In this document: piece after piece, positions 38,797 through 48,015 of the stretch | How positions within the stretch are numbered: position 1 is the first letter of the stretch | Layout: each line of letters begins with the position of its first letter | Source: Fibrobacteria bacterium | Lineage (GTDB): Bacteria > Fibrobacterota > Fibrobacteria > UBA11236 | Direction of reading: 5' to 3' | Length of the DNA: 64,000 nucleotides | Assembly (NCBI GenBank): GCA_041746255.1 | Contig: JBGTHM010000097.1 | Location: forward strand, 1-64,000 | Program-made: the position numbers and the translations under genes | The notes under the pieces: generated by a model | Seen by the model: only the letters and a program-made list of their open reading frames with translations | Databases searched by the model: none | Told to the model about the DNA's origin: nothing

Positions 38797-40802
38797 AGGG
38801 CTTCCTCCTTGACGCTAACGGTAAGCCCCTTGCCATTCCATCGCGCCAGGGTCGTGGCGGAGTCCAATTCCCGGTCTTCGAATTGGATGGGTAGACCGCC
38901 TTCTCCGAGGCGAACAAATACCTTTTCGCCGTCGGCGAAGAGGAGCGATACCGATTCTTCATCCACCCGTAATTCCGAAACGAGTGCATCCAACTCCTCG
39001 ATACCCGTGGTTCGCGTACGCCCACAAACCTGAGCCACCAATACCTTGGTTTCGCCGGCACGGCAGTTTGCGACGAACTCAGGCACCGCGCTGCGGGCAT
39101 AGCGCACGTTCTGGCCATGCAATTGTCCCTGCGACTCGCGGCATTCTCCGGAAACATAGCCATGCAAGGCGCGGAAATAGGAAACCCGTTCACCGTGACG
39201 GGCCGCTATGGAACCGCGGCCACGATGGACTTCCGCCGCATCGCCCATTGCGAAACCCAGGGGATATCCGCCTTCGCGGAGTTTCATATCAACGGTACTG
39301 TTAAGGCGATGGATGAGGATTAATTGATCCCCCTTGGGGATGATCCAAGTACGCCCTTCCCCTTTGGGGTCGGCGATATGCAGCGGGTAACGCGAAATGG
39401 AAGCGCCGTTGTCGCAGTAAAGCAAATCCATTTTCCAGCGCTGATAATACTGGATTCCGTCGGAAGAGAATTGCAGGATATTGTCGCAATTGTACGAGCC
39501 ATGCACCTTGCCCGCCTCGTAGGAAAATTCCGAAGAATAAGCGAACTTGGTATACTTGGCGTTATAGTCGGCATCGTTGTGATATGACTTTTGGGATATG
39601 AGCTGAACATGCCCGGACTTATTATCACCGATTAAGGTAAGACCGGCCTCCGGCACGCTGCGGCAGAAATCGCCTTTGTGGATCGGTAGCGGAGCCTCAA
39701 CCGCCTGCCATAGCGAATCGTTTTCGGGCAGCATGAGAATGTTGAAAGCCTTACCGGCCCAATAGGGAGAGCCGCCGCAGGAATAATGTTCCAGAATGTC
39801 CTGGCAAGGGCCCACGAATCCCAAGCTTAAATGTCCCGAATCGGTAAGGATGTCGCGATCGAAAAACCACTTCGCACCCAGATTGTACATCGTCTTGGCT
39901 TCGCCTGCCGAAACCCCGATGCATCCCAATTCCTGGGCCAATGCGAACGGCGCTAAATAGGCGAAGCGGTAAATCATGGAGCGGCCGAAGCAGGGCGCGG
40001 CGCCGTCGGCGGCGAAGAAATAGCGAAAATCCTGCGCGAATTCCACGAACCGCTGTTGCACGGTTGCGGAAAATTCCGGCTTTTCTTTTCCGTCCAGCAC
40101 GGCCCACATGAGAAAGTAATAGTGGAAGGCCCAGGCATTGTAATAATCGATGCGGTTCAAATTGCCGTCCCGGTACCATCCGCGTCCCATATACATGGCG
40201 TCGCAAACTTCCAGATGGGTGTCGATTTGGCTTTGCACATGCGGCATACCCAGTCGCTTCAACACCGAATTGACAATGACGTTGAACAGCAGCCAATTAT
40301 TGTTGTGATATTTTACCTGAGTACACTGGAATAAGTAATCCGCCACTTGTTTTTGTTCGGCGGAGGAATAACGTTCCCAGATTTTTTCGCGCGACTGCCA
40401 CAGCGACCATGCCAACGAAGCGCATTCCACGAGATGCTGGGCGTGATCGACGATGTCGCCCCAATACTCGGGATGCCGCGGATCAGTGCCGTTCAGGATG
40501 CCTTCGCTATAAAAACCCGCCACATCGACGCTACGTCCCTTCCACTGGAACGTTCCCGCCTCGCTGCGGGAAAGCCAGGGTCCGGCCATAATGAAGGAAC
40601 GGGTGAACCCCTCCATTTCATCCGCTTGTCGACCATGGTGGCTGCGGGGCCCTTCGATGACTTGGCGCGCCTTTCCCGGGGAGGCGCCATCCAGAATCGG
40701 CAGGAATAGTTGAAAGAACGCTTCCTCCCAATGCCTGCGCGTGAAGCCGCTCAGAGGCGAGGATTTTTCATCCTGCTCCGCGAGAAATTGCAGACGTTTC
40801 AT
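38778..40802 (-). CDS. DUF2264 protein (family overlapping GH154 beta-glucuronidases), cytoplasmic
   Basis: MEGFTR, GTDP.HPEYWG, Q.LVE, NNWLLF, GWYRDG, DYYN.WAFH, GRSMIYRFA, YSC.GSPYWA, KY.KFAYS; ATG 40802 overlaps the GH3 stop. Confidence 0.85.
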   Translation of the reverse strand: MKRLQFLAEQDEKSSPLSGFTRRHWEEAFFQLFLPILDGASPGKARQVIEGPRSHHGRQADEMEGFTRSFIMAGPWLSRSEAGTFQWKGRSVDVAGFYSEGILNGTDPRHPEYWGDIVDHAQHLVECASLAWSLWQSREKIWERYSSAEQKQVADYLFQCTQVKYHNNNWLLFNVIVNSVLKRLGMPHVQSQIDTHLEVCDAMYMGRGWYRDGNLNRIDYYNAWAFHYYFLMWAVLDGKEKPEFSATVQQRFVEFAQDFRYFFAADGAAPCFGRSMIYRFAYLAPFALAQELGCIGVSAGEAKTMYNLGAKWFFDRDILTDSGHLSLGFVGPCQDILEHYSCGGSPYWAGKAFNILMLPENDSLWQAVEAPLPIHKGDFCRSVPEAGLTLIGDNKSGHVQLISQKSYHNDADYNAKYTKFAYSSEFSYEAGKVHGSYNCDNILQFSSDGIQYYQRWKMDLLYCDNGASISRYPLHIADPKGEGRTWIIPKGDQLILIHRLNSTVDMKLREGGYPLGFAMGDAAEVHRGRGSIAARHGERVSYFRALHGYVSGECRESQGQLHGQNVRYARSAVPEFVANCRAGETKVLVAQVCGRTRTTGIEELDALVSELRVDEESVSLLFADGEKVFVRLGEGGLPIQFEDRELDSATTLARWNGKGLTVSVKEEALCLTPQ

Positions 40803-42595
40803 CGTGCAACCTCCGCGACCTGTGCCCGTTGGGTTTTCGCCTGCACGATGGGAAGGCGCAGGGGATTGTAGTTGCTGATAGGCCAACTGCCCTTGGGGTT
40901 TCGGGTTCCCAGCAATACGTCGCGCAACATGCGCAGGCCCTGCGGAGAGAGGTTCATATCGAGAACGATGCTCGGGGCTTCGGGAATCATACCGCCGAGA
41001 CCCTGGATGCTATAAGGGGTATTCGTGATAAGCACCACGGGAAGCCCCTGTTCAATCAGCGCACGCGGATATTTCAGCGCCTTATGGGAGCGATCATAGA
41101 AATTGGTGCATAGGATAAGGTCATATTTATTCGCCTTCACCCAATTGAGAACCGTGGTTTCGTCCGCGTCGTTATGTCCGAAATCCGTTTCCAACGTTTC
41201 CAGTTCCGGCCAACCCTCTTCCATGAGCTCTTGAAACATCGAAGGATGGTCGAACTTATCATTCGGGGTTTTGATGGAGTTTAACTGATTGATGAGTAAA
41301 ACTTTTTTGCTGCGATTCAACGGCAAGGCTTTCAATTCGTCCTTGGCGATGAGAATGGCGTTTTGAGCCGCCTTTTCCGCGGTATCGACTACGAAGGAAT
41401 CCCTGAAAGGCTCGGCGGCCTGGGCCGGGTTTACCTTCCCCATTTTTTCAAACAGACCGTAGTCGTATTTGAGAGAAAGAATACGCTCCACCTTGGCGTC
41501 GATTTCCGTTTCGGGAATACGGCCTTCTTTCACCCAGCGAGTGCACAATTCGAACATTTCGCCACGCCATTTGTTTTCGGCTTTCATCAAAATCACATCG
41601 GAGCCGGCCGCCAGAGAACGTGCGCACGCTTCGGCCGTGCCGAACTTATCGATCAAGGCGCCCATGGTCATGCTGTCCGTGGTGATCAGGCCTTTGAATC
41701 CCATTTCTTCGCGTAAAAGCCCCGTGATGATCTTGCGCGATACGCTGGAGATATTGTCCGGGTCAAGCTGCGGATAGATGCAATGCGCGATCATGATGGA
41801 ATCGACATCCGCCTCGATGAGACGCTTGTACGGAAGCAATTCGATATTTTCCAGGCGCGATCGGTCAACGTCGAGAGTCGGGCAGTCGTGATGCGCATCG
41901 ACTGCGGAATCGCCACGACCGGGGAAATGTTTCGCCGCGGCTATCACGCCCTCCTCCTTGAATCCGCGCACCATGGCCTCCGCATACTCGGCCACTACTT
42001 CCGGATCATCACTGAAAGCACGGTTTCCTATTTCGGGATTTTGCGGATTGATATTAACATCAACCACCGGCGAGTGGATCATATCCAATCCGGCTGCCTT
42101 GAGTTGCCGGGCTACGGCGCGGGCCACGTCATAAGCGAGTTCTGGATCCCCTCCGGCTACCAATCCCATGGAAGAGGGAAATTGCACCACTCCGCCGCGC
42201 GTATAATCCTTGCTTGCATCGCCTTCCTGATCCACCACCATGTGCAGCGGGATGGGAACGCGCCGATTGGCAGCCAATTCGCGGAGCCCGTTCAGCATTT
42301 CCGCATACTCTTCGGGGCTTAAATAGGGAGCCGGGCCTTGATGCGCCATTTTTTGCATGGATGGGATGAATCCCGGCCCCATATCAATGGACTTGGCCCG
42401 CGAATCGCTGAAATACCGGAAAATCCGCACGAAAGGAGACAGCCGGATGCCGCCGCAATGGTAGCGGGTTATCGCCTCGCGCAAATCGTTGGTAGGAACA
42501 GTGCCAGACATGCCGACCACGATACATTGACCCACTTTCTCTTCCAGGGTCATGGACCGGACCAAATTCTGCACAAATGTCTGCTTATCCTTCAT
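40799..42595 (-). CDS. GH3 beta-N-acetylhexosaminidase (NagZ-like, two-domain), cytoplasmic
   Basis: MTLEEKVGQ, DQEG, PVVDVN.NP.NP.IG.RAF, KHFPGRGD...DAH, TDSM.M; no signal peptide. Confidence 0.9.
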   Translation of the reverse strand: MKDKQTFVQNLVRSMTLEEKVGQCIVVGMSGTVPTNDLREAITRYHCGGIRLSPFVRIFRYFSDSRAKSIDMGPGFIPSMQKMAHQGPAPYLSPEEYAEMLNGLRELAANRRVPIPLHMVVDQEGDASKDYTRGGVVQFPSSMGLVAGGDPELAYDVARAVARQLKAAGLDMIHSPVVDVNINPQNPEIGNRAFSDDPEVVAEYAEAMVRGFKEEGVIAAAKHFPGRGDSAVDAHHDCPTLDVDRSRLENIELLPYKRLIEADVDSIMIAHCIYPQLDPDNISSVSRKIITGLLREEMGFKGLITTDSMTMGALIDKFGTAEACARSLAAGSDVILMKAENKWRGEMFELCTRWVKEGRIPETEIDAKVERILSLKYDYGLFEKMGKVNPAQAAEPFRDSFVVDTAEKAAQNAILIAKDELKALPLNRSKKVLLINQLNSIKTPNDKFDHPSMFQELMEEGWPELETLETDFGHNDADETTVLNWVKANKYDLILCTNFYDRSHKALKYPRALIEQGLPVVLITNTPYSIQGLGGMIPEAPSIVLDMNLSPQGLRMLRDVLLGTRNPKGSWPISNYNPLRLPIVQAKTQRAQVAEVAR

Positions 42596-42694
42596 GTCTT
42601 GTTCCTTTCAAGTAACCGGAAATTTGTAGTATAGATGGCATAAGTTAACGGATTTGCGTGCTTCCGGTTTTTTGCTTCGGAATCCAGATTACAT

Positions 42695-42837
42695 AAGTGT
42701 TCCAATTGTTCTCAGAAATTGTTAAATGGATTTCCCAACCAAGGCTTCAGGCCCGGTATGAAGGGCGGCGAAACCTTTAAAATTGGGCAGTATAGGCTCC
42801 CCATGGCTGGAGAAACAATCGAACAGTTGGGACATTT
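42695..42837. promoter_or_regulatory. Pair of inverted 17-bp operator-like sites in the divergent PUL promoter
   Basis: AAGTGTTCCAATTGTTC (42695..42711) versus the reverse complement of 42821..42837, AAATGTCCCAACTGTTC: 14/17 identical. Confidence 0.6.
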
Positions 42838-42890
42838 GGGCATTCAAACCCGCTTCCATGAGCGGACATCCCGCCTAATTTCTGTTGCAC

Positions 42891-44513
42891 ATGCTTAAAA
42901 AATCTTGCTCGCGTTTTATTGTGGTCGCCGCCCTTGTGCTCGGCCCAGGCGGTTTACTTCCAGTTAAGGCCCAATTGGGACCCATCGAGTTGCATACCGA
43001 CGGCAAAAAGGTATCGCCTTGGGTATATGGAGTAGAGAACTCCGCCAGCCCCTTGGCTCTCGGTTTCTTTTTGAAATCAGGCTATGCTTATGAGAGTAAC
43101 CTGTTCGATAGTCCGAATCATTTCCGCAACCTGGGAACCAACCAAGCCCGCCAGTTTCCCTCGTCGGTGAATATGATGCAGGATGGCACAGCTTGGTATT
43201 CCGCTACCGGAGCGGAGATGAACTGGGACTTAGGCCAACATCGATTGCGCTTCATGGCCGCTGCGCAAAACTACCGGGTTCCCGGCAAGGATATGCCAGC
43301 GTTTCTGGACGACGGAAAATTCAACGGCTTGCTCGAATCGCTGGCCGACAAATCCTCCTGGAACCTTTATATGCAGCATCGGTGGAACCTACTCCCTTGG
43401 CTGGAACAACAAACCTTACTCCAAATGGACCGTAATTATGCGAAGAACACCGACATTTTCGGCCGCGCGGCCCTGGGCAATGGTGAAGATTTCCTCCATA
43501 ATGAAGCGACGGTCGAATACCTGGCCAATACACCGGCTCCGCCGGGTTTGGGAAGAGGACAGGCCTCCCTCATGCTTCAGGCCCGTCACCGCGAGTATTC
43601 CCCTTCCATCAAGAACGTCCCATACTGGATGGCCGACTCGATTCTCCTGATTGAAAAAGACGGCCCACTACTGAACGCCTTTAACTTCAACGACACCCTG
43701 AACGCGGATTACCTGCAATGGCGAGGTCGTCTGCGTCATATTCAAGGCATGCGCCATGGGTTTTCTTCACGCGTGTCATTCGATTTGATAAAACGCGATT
43801 ATTCAGACATGCTGGCTAAACTCATCAAGGACACCACCCGGGTTCCGGCAGTGGATATGGGCGACATTCCCGTGATTCCGATATACAACTCGGACAGCGT
43901 AGTGATTGGCACTATGCCGCCTCCGGGACATCCCAAGCGTTCCCAATCGGAATACCGCGCCTATGCAGGTTTGCAATACGACCCCCCACATGTCAACCAT
44001 TTGCGTTTGCAGGTAGGCTGGCAATGGTTAAAGGTAACCGATCCCTATCAGGGTTTTTACGGGTATACTCAACGAGGCCTGTTTGCCTCGACGATTTACG
44101 CGCCTTCGAGTCTGGCCCATATCGAATTGGCCATGAGGGTGAGCCAGCGTACTTATGACGAATTGTTGGCAAACCTGCAATACTGGGCGCCACGCGGAGT
44201 CAATCAAGTGGAATTCAACAACGGCGCGCCCGTAAAAACCGTCACCATCGACGAACTCGGGAATCCCAGGAACATTTACGACATTAGCTACCAAGGGGCG
44301 ACCCGGCTGGCTACCCAATCCGTGGCCGTCAGTTTGCGGGGACAATTGCCGGTATGGCGGAATCTGGCGCTATGGGCCCATATGTTCCTGGATATGCGCA
44401 ACAGTAACCGACCGGATACGGAAATGTTGAGTCGGGAATACTACAACCATCTGGTGGGAGCCGGGATTACCGTATACATGGACTACAATCACAAAAAAAG
44501 GGGTGACCTATGA
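42891..44513 (+). CDS. Putative outer-membrane beta-barrel protein of unknown family
   Basis: Signal peptide; many amphipathic aromatic strands (LKSGYAYESN, YRAYAGLQYD, LRLQVGWQW, LVGAGITVYMDY); no recognisable TonB box or plug. Confidence 0.65.
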   Translation: MLKKSCSRFIVVAALVLGPGGLLPVKAQLGPIELHTDGKKVSPWVYGVENSASPLALGFFLKSGYAYESNLFDSPNHFRNLGTNQARQFPSSVNMMQDGTAWYSATGAEMNWDLGQHRLRFMAAAQNYRVPGKDMPAFLDDGKFNGLLESLADKSSWNLYMQHRWNLLPWLEQQTLLQMDRNYAKNTDIFGRAALGNGEDFLHNEATVEYLANTPAPPGLGRGQASLMLQARHREYSPSIKNVPYWMADSILLIEKDGPLLNAFNFNDTLNADYLQWRGRLRHIQGMRHGFSSRVSFDLIKRDYSDMLAKLIKDTTRVPAVDMGDIPVIPIYNSDSVVIGTMPPPGHPKRSQSEYRAYAGLQYDPPHVNHLRLQVGWQWLKVTDPYQGFYGYTQRGLFASTIYAPSSLAHIELAMRVSQRTYDELLANLQYWAPRGVNQVEFNNGAPVKTVTIDELGNPRNIYDISYQGATRLATQSVAVSLRGQLPVWRNLALWAHMFLDMRNSNRPDTEMLSREYYNHLVGAGITVYMDYNHKKRGDL

Positions 44514-45457
44514 AACGCATCATACAACTACAAGCCTTGGCATTGCTATGCCTGACGGGCGCGGCCACGGCCGATGTGGTTCTGGATAATATGCAGGGCT
44601 CAGGGAATCGTAACACCGCCGGCGGCGTCATTTTCGTAGTGGCCGACACCGCGGGCGGCTCTACCTGGACCTATCCCGATATCGGTTTTTCCTATTGGAA
44701 CCTGGCCGATGGCGGACCGGCTCCCGGTGCCGGTAAAGTCACCTATTTGCATGGTACTGTCGGCGGAAAGGGCGATTTCCCCCATTTGACCTATGGCATG
44801 TATTTCGACAATCCCAAATCGGTGCTGGATTTGAGCTGGCTAACCGGCATCGCCTTGCGCGTGCGCGGTGTGGGCCTTTGGCGCACCAAAATCAAATGCA
44901 ATATCATCGATTCCTTGGCCATCGCGGATTTGGGCCGCAAGGAGGATCAGGTCGCATGGAAATATTCTTTAACCGGCTTGAGTTCCACCGAGTTCCAATG
45001 GGTGGTGATAACTCCCGAGCAACTTTCGTCCAATGTCGGCGCCATGAACCTCCTTTTGACCCAAAAAGGAATCAGCAAGCGCGACGTGCTTAAGACCGCC
45101 TGGAAATATTATATCCAAACCGATGGCTATACTTCCGCCGATGCGGGTACCGAGGCATGGATCCAGATTTCCGACATCATTTTTCTGGGACCTCAAAATT
45201 CCATTGGCGCATCCATCGTGAAGCCTACCCCGGCTCAATGCGCGGAGATCGGCGCCTGTAGTGGAGGCAGCTCCATTCTGTCAAGAGGCATTTCTTTTTC
45301 AAACAGGATGCCCACGCCCCAATCGCATATTTTCGCATTGGACGGTCGGTTCTTAGGAAAGCATGGTTCTCTCAGTCAAACCGCATCTTTGCCTAAGCTA
45401 TACCTAAACAAGGATGAGGGAAAAACCTCCTTGCATTCTTCACTGTCAGGACGTTGA
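44510..45457 (+). CDS. Secreted CBM11/CIA30-like carbohydrate-binding protein with T9SS-like tail
   Basis: Signal peptide; DVVLDNM...GG; DLSWLTGIALRVRG.G; IQISDI; tail IFALDGR. Confidence 0.6.
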   Translation: MKRIIQLQALALLCLTGAATADVVLDNMQGSGNRNTAGGVIFVVADTAGGSTWTYPDIGFSYWNLADGGPAPGAGKVTYLHGTVGGKGDFPHLTYGMYFDNPKSVLDLSWLTGIALRVRGVGLWRTKIKCNIIDSLAIADLGRKEDQVAWKYSLTGLSSTEFQWVVITPEQLSSNVGAMNLLLTQKGISKRDVLKTAWKYYIQTDGYTSADAGTEAWIQISDIIFLGPQNSIGASIVKPTPAQCAEIGACSGGSSILSRGISFSNRMPTPQSHIFALDGRFLGKHGSLSQTASLPKLYLNKDEGKTSLHSSLSGR

Positions 45458-45463
45458 ACCCAA

Positions 45464-46228
45464 GTGAATTTTCCGAAACTGTTTTCCTTTTTGGTATTGG
45501 GGTCTGCCCTCTCCTTCTCGGACGTCCTTTTGGACGACATGGAGGGAGAGCGCCTCAACCAGGCCCGCTCCGGCGGATACTGGTTTTTGATTTTGGACGC
45601 CAAGTCCCATCAGGATGCCAACTCCCAACTGATCTTTCCTCCCGATCTCAATTTCAGATTCCATGATACGGCAGGTTACGGAGGCAGTCGCGGCGCCCGG
45701 ATTCATGTGAAGATAGGTTCGGGCTATCGTTATCCCTTCGCCGGCATCGGATTCAATATCGATAATTTCCGGGAACCCGTCGATTTTCTCAAAGTGCATA
45801 GCGTGCGCTTTCTGGCTCGCGGCAAGGGAACTTTCCGGCTTAAAATTCGGGACGTTTGGAGTACGCGCCAAACCCCCAATGCCAATTTCGAGCATGACTT
45901 CATCGTTAGTCCGGAGTGGCAGGTTTTTGATTTGGAAACCAAGGACTTTCGCGTTCCCCGAGGTTCCCCATACCGGCGCGAAGGGAAAACCTGGGAAGAC
46001 GTGGCCGATTCGGTAATCAGTTTGATTTTTACCACGGCGTCCTATCAGGACAGGGATGCCGGTACCGAAATCAGGCTGGACTTGGACCTCATCTCCCTGG
46101 TGGGTATCGACTCGGCCGGAGCCTCGACCACACGGCCCCCCAAATATCCCCAGCTAAAATCCAACCGGCATTTGGAACGAGGCATCCGCGAAGAGGATTT
46201 TGACGATGCCGGAAGCTCGGAGTATTGA
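45464..46228 (+). CDS. Secreted CBM11/CIA30-like carbohydrate-binding protein
   Basis: Signal peptide; DVLLDDME...GGYW; YPFAGIGF; VRFLARGKG; WQVF; LDLISL; paralog of the preceding gene. Confidence 0.65.
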   Translation: MNFPKLFSFLVLGSALSFSDVLLDDMEGERLNQARSGGYWFLILDAKSHQDANSQLIFPPDLNFRFHDTAGYGGSRGARIHVKIGSGYRYPFAGIGFNIDNFREPVDFLKVHSVRFLARGKGTFRLKIRDVWSTRQTPNANFEHDFIVSPEWQVFDLETKDFRVPRGSPYRREGKTWEDVADSVISLIFTTASYQDRDAGTEIRLDLDLISLVGIDSAGASTTRPPKYPQLKSNRHLERGIREEDFDDAGSSEY

Positions 46229-48015
46229 TGGAAAGCACTCTGGCCACGGTCGGAAACCTGGACTATGCCATCATTGCGGGCTATATGGCCCTGATGTTGT
46301 CTCTGGGTGTGATTTTCAAACGCTTCAACAAAAACTCCACCGACTATTTCCGTAGCGGCAGCCGCACGGCCTGGTGGATGGTGGGCGCCAGCTCATTTAT
46401 GACCGCCTTCAGCGCCTGGACCTTTACCGGAGCGGCATCGGCGGCCTACAATTCGGGCATCAGCGTAGCGGTTATTTTCATCGCCAATACCTTCGGCTTC
46501 TTGGTCAATGCCGCATTCTTGGCGGGATGGTACCGGCAAATGCGCGTAACCACGCTTCCAGAAGTTCTACGGGAGCGCTTCAATAAGGCCACACAACAGG
46601 TTTATGCCTGGCTGGGAGTCATCTTCTCCTACCTGATGGCCGGCTTGCACCTTTGGGGCGTATCGATTTTCGCTTCGGCCATTTTCGGTTTCCAAGTCGA
46701 GCATATCATCATCGTGCTGGGCATCGTTGTGGTCTTCTATAGCACGGTGGGCGGCGCTTGGAGCGTATCGGCCACCGATTTCGTACAGGCACTCATTCTC
46801 ATCCCGCTCACCATTCTCGTAGCCATCCTATCGCTTATTGAAATTGGCGGCTTTACCGGCTTGCTCCAATCGTTGAAGTCCGCGGGATTGGATAATCACC
46901 TGGTGCTGGTGGAAACCGGGCCAATGGCCAAATTCACCTTAATCTATTGCATTGCGGTGATAATGAAACAGCTCATGGTCTATATCGGCCTAAACGACTC
47001 GGTCAAGTATTTCGCCGTTAAGGATGGCACCGAAGCGCGTAAAGCTGCGGCTCTGGCGGGCTGCATGATGTTCGCCGGCAGTTTGTTGTGGTTCATCCCT
47101 CCCGTGGTGGCGCGTTTAAAATATTCCCACCTGGTCGAGGGCATTCCCCTGAAAAATCCGGCGGAGGCTGCCTATGCGGTAGCGGGAATGCAACTCCTTC
47201 CGACCGGCCTGATCGGTTTATTGATGGTGGCGGTGCTCGGCGCGACCATGAGTTCCATGGACAGCAGCCTTAACCGCAACGCCGCTATTTTTACCCGCGA
47301 CATCGTGAAAGGTTTGATGTTCCCGAATTTGCGGGAAGAATCGCAATTGCGCATTGGGCAAGGTTTCACCTTGGTATGCGGAGCGATAGTTATCAGTTTG
47401 GCGCTGTACTTCTCCGGTCGGAGCGGCCAAGGCATTTTCGAAACCATGATGCAAATTGGCGGCTTAGTGGCCATTCCCAAGCTGGTGCCTCTGCTTTGGG
47501 CACTCTTCGTACGGAACTCACCCCAGTGGATTGCCTTGGTTTGCGCCGCCTTCGGTTTTACGAATTCAATCTTCCTGGAATTTTTCTGGGACAGTTATCC
47601 CATCAAATTCGGTGCGGACGAAAAATTCCCCACCATCATTTTCACCAACTTCGCTTTAGGCACAGTGGTTTACTGGTTGGGTACCTGGTTTTACCCGGCC
47701 CGGGACGCTTATCGGGAACGCACAAAGGCCTTTTTTAAACGGATGCATACCCCCGTTAATTTCGAAGAAGAAGTGGGCGGTTCAGTGGATCGCCAACAAT
47801 TTCGCATTATCGGTATATCCTGCATGGTGCTGGCTGTCTTCATCCAGATTTTCGGCTTTCTTCCGGGTTCGTCCCGAATCGGCCTGTTCTTTTTCGTATC
47901 TGGTTTTATCGGATTGACCGGTTTGCTTTTCTGGTTCGCTTCGCGGCGCGATAAGTATAACCTTAAGCCCGCTCCACCTCCGGTAACCCCGGTTCCCATC
48001 GAGGAAGAGGCCTGA
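46228..48015 (+). CDS. Sodium:solute symporter (SSS) family transporter
   Basis: DYFRSG...WWMVGAS.F...FSAWTFTG; GG..SV..TDFVQ; ATMSSMDSSLN; many TM helices. Confidence 0.93.
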   Translation: MESTLATVGNLDYAIIAGYMALMLSLGVIFKRFNKNSTDYFRSGSRTAWWMVGASSFMTAFSAWTFTGAASAAYNSGISVAVIFIANTFGFLVNAAFLAGWYRQMRVTTLPEVLRERFNKATQQVYAWLGVIFSYLMAGLHLWGVSIFASAIFGFQVEHIIIVLGIVVVFYSTVGGAWSVSATDFVQALILIPLTILVAILSLIEIGGFTGLLQSLKSAGLDNHLVLVETGPMAKFTLIYCIAVIMKQLMVYIGLNDSVKYFAVKDGTEARKAAALAGCMMFAGSLLWFIPPVVARLKYSHLVEGIPLKNPAEAAYAVAGMQLLPTGLIGLLMVAVLGATMSSMDSSLNRNAAIFTRDIVKGLMFPNLREESQLRIGQGFTLVCGAIVISLALYFSGRSGQGIFETMMQIGGLVAIPKLVPLLWALFVRNSPQWIALVCAAFGFTNSIFLEFFWDSYPIKFGADEKFPTIIFTNFALGTVVYWLGTWFYPARDAYRERTKAFFKRMHTPVNFEEEVGGSVDRQQFRIIGISCMVLAVFIQIFGFLPGSSRIGLFFFVSGFIGLTGLLFWFASRRDKYNLKPAPPPVTPVPIEEEA

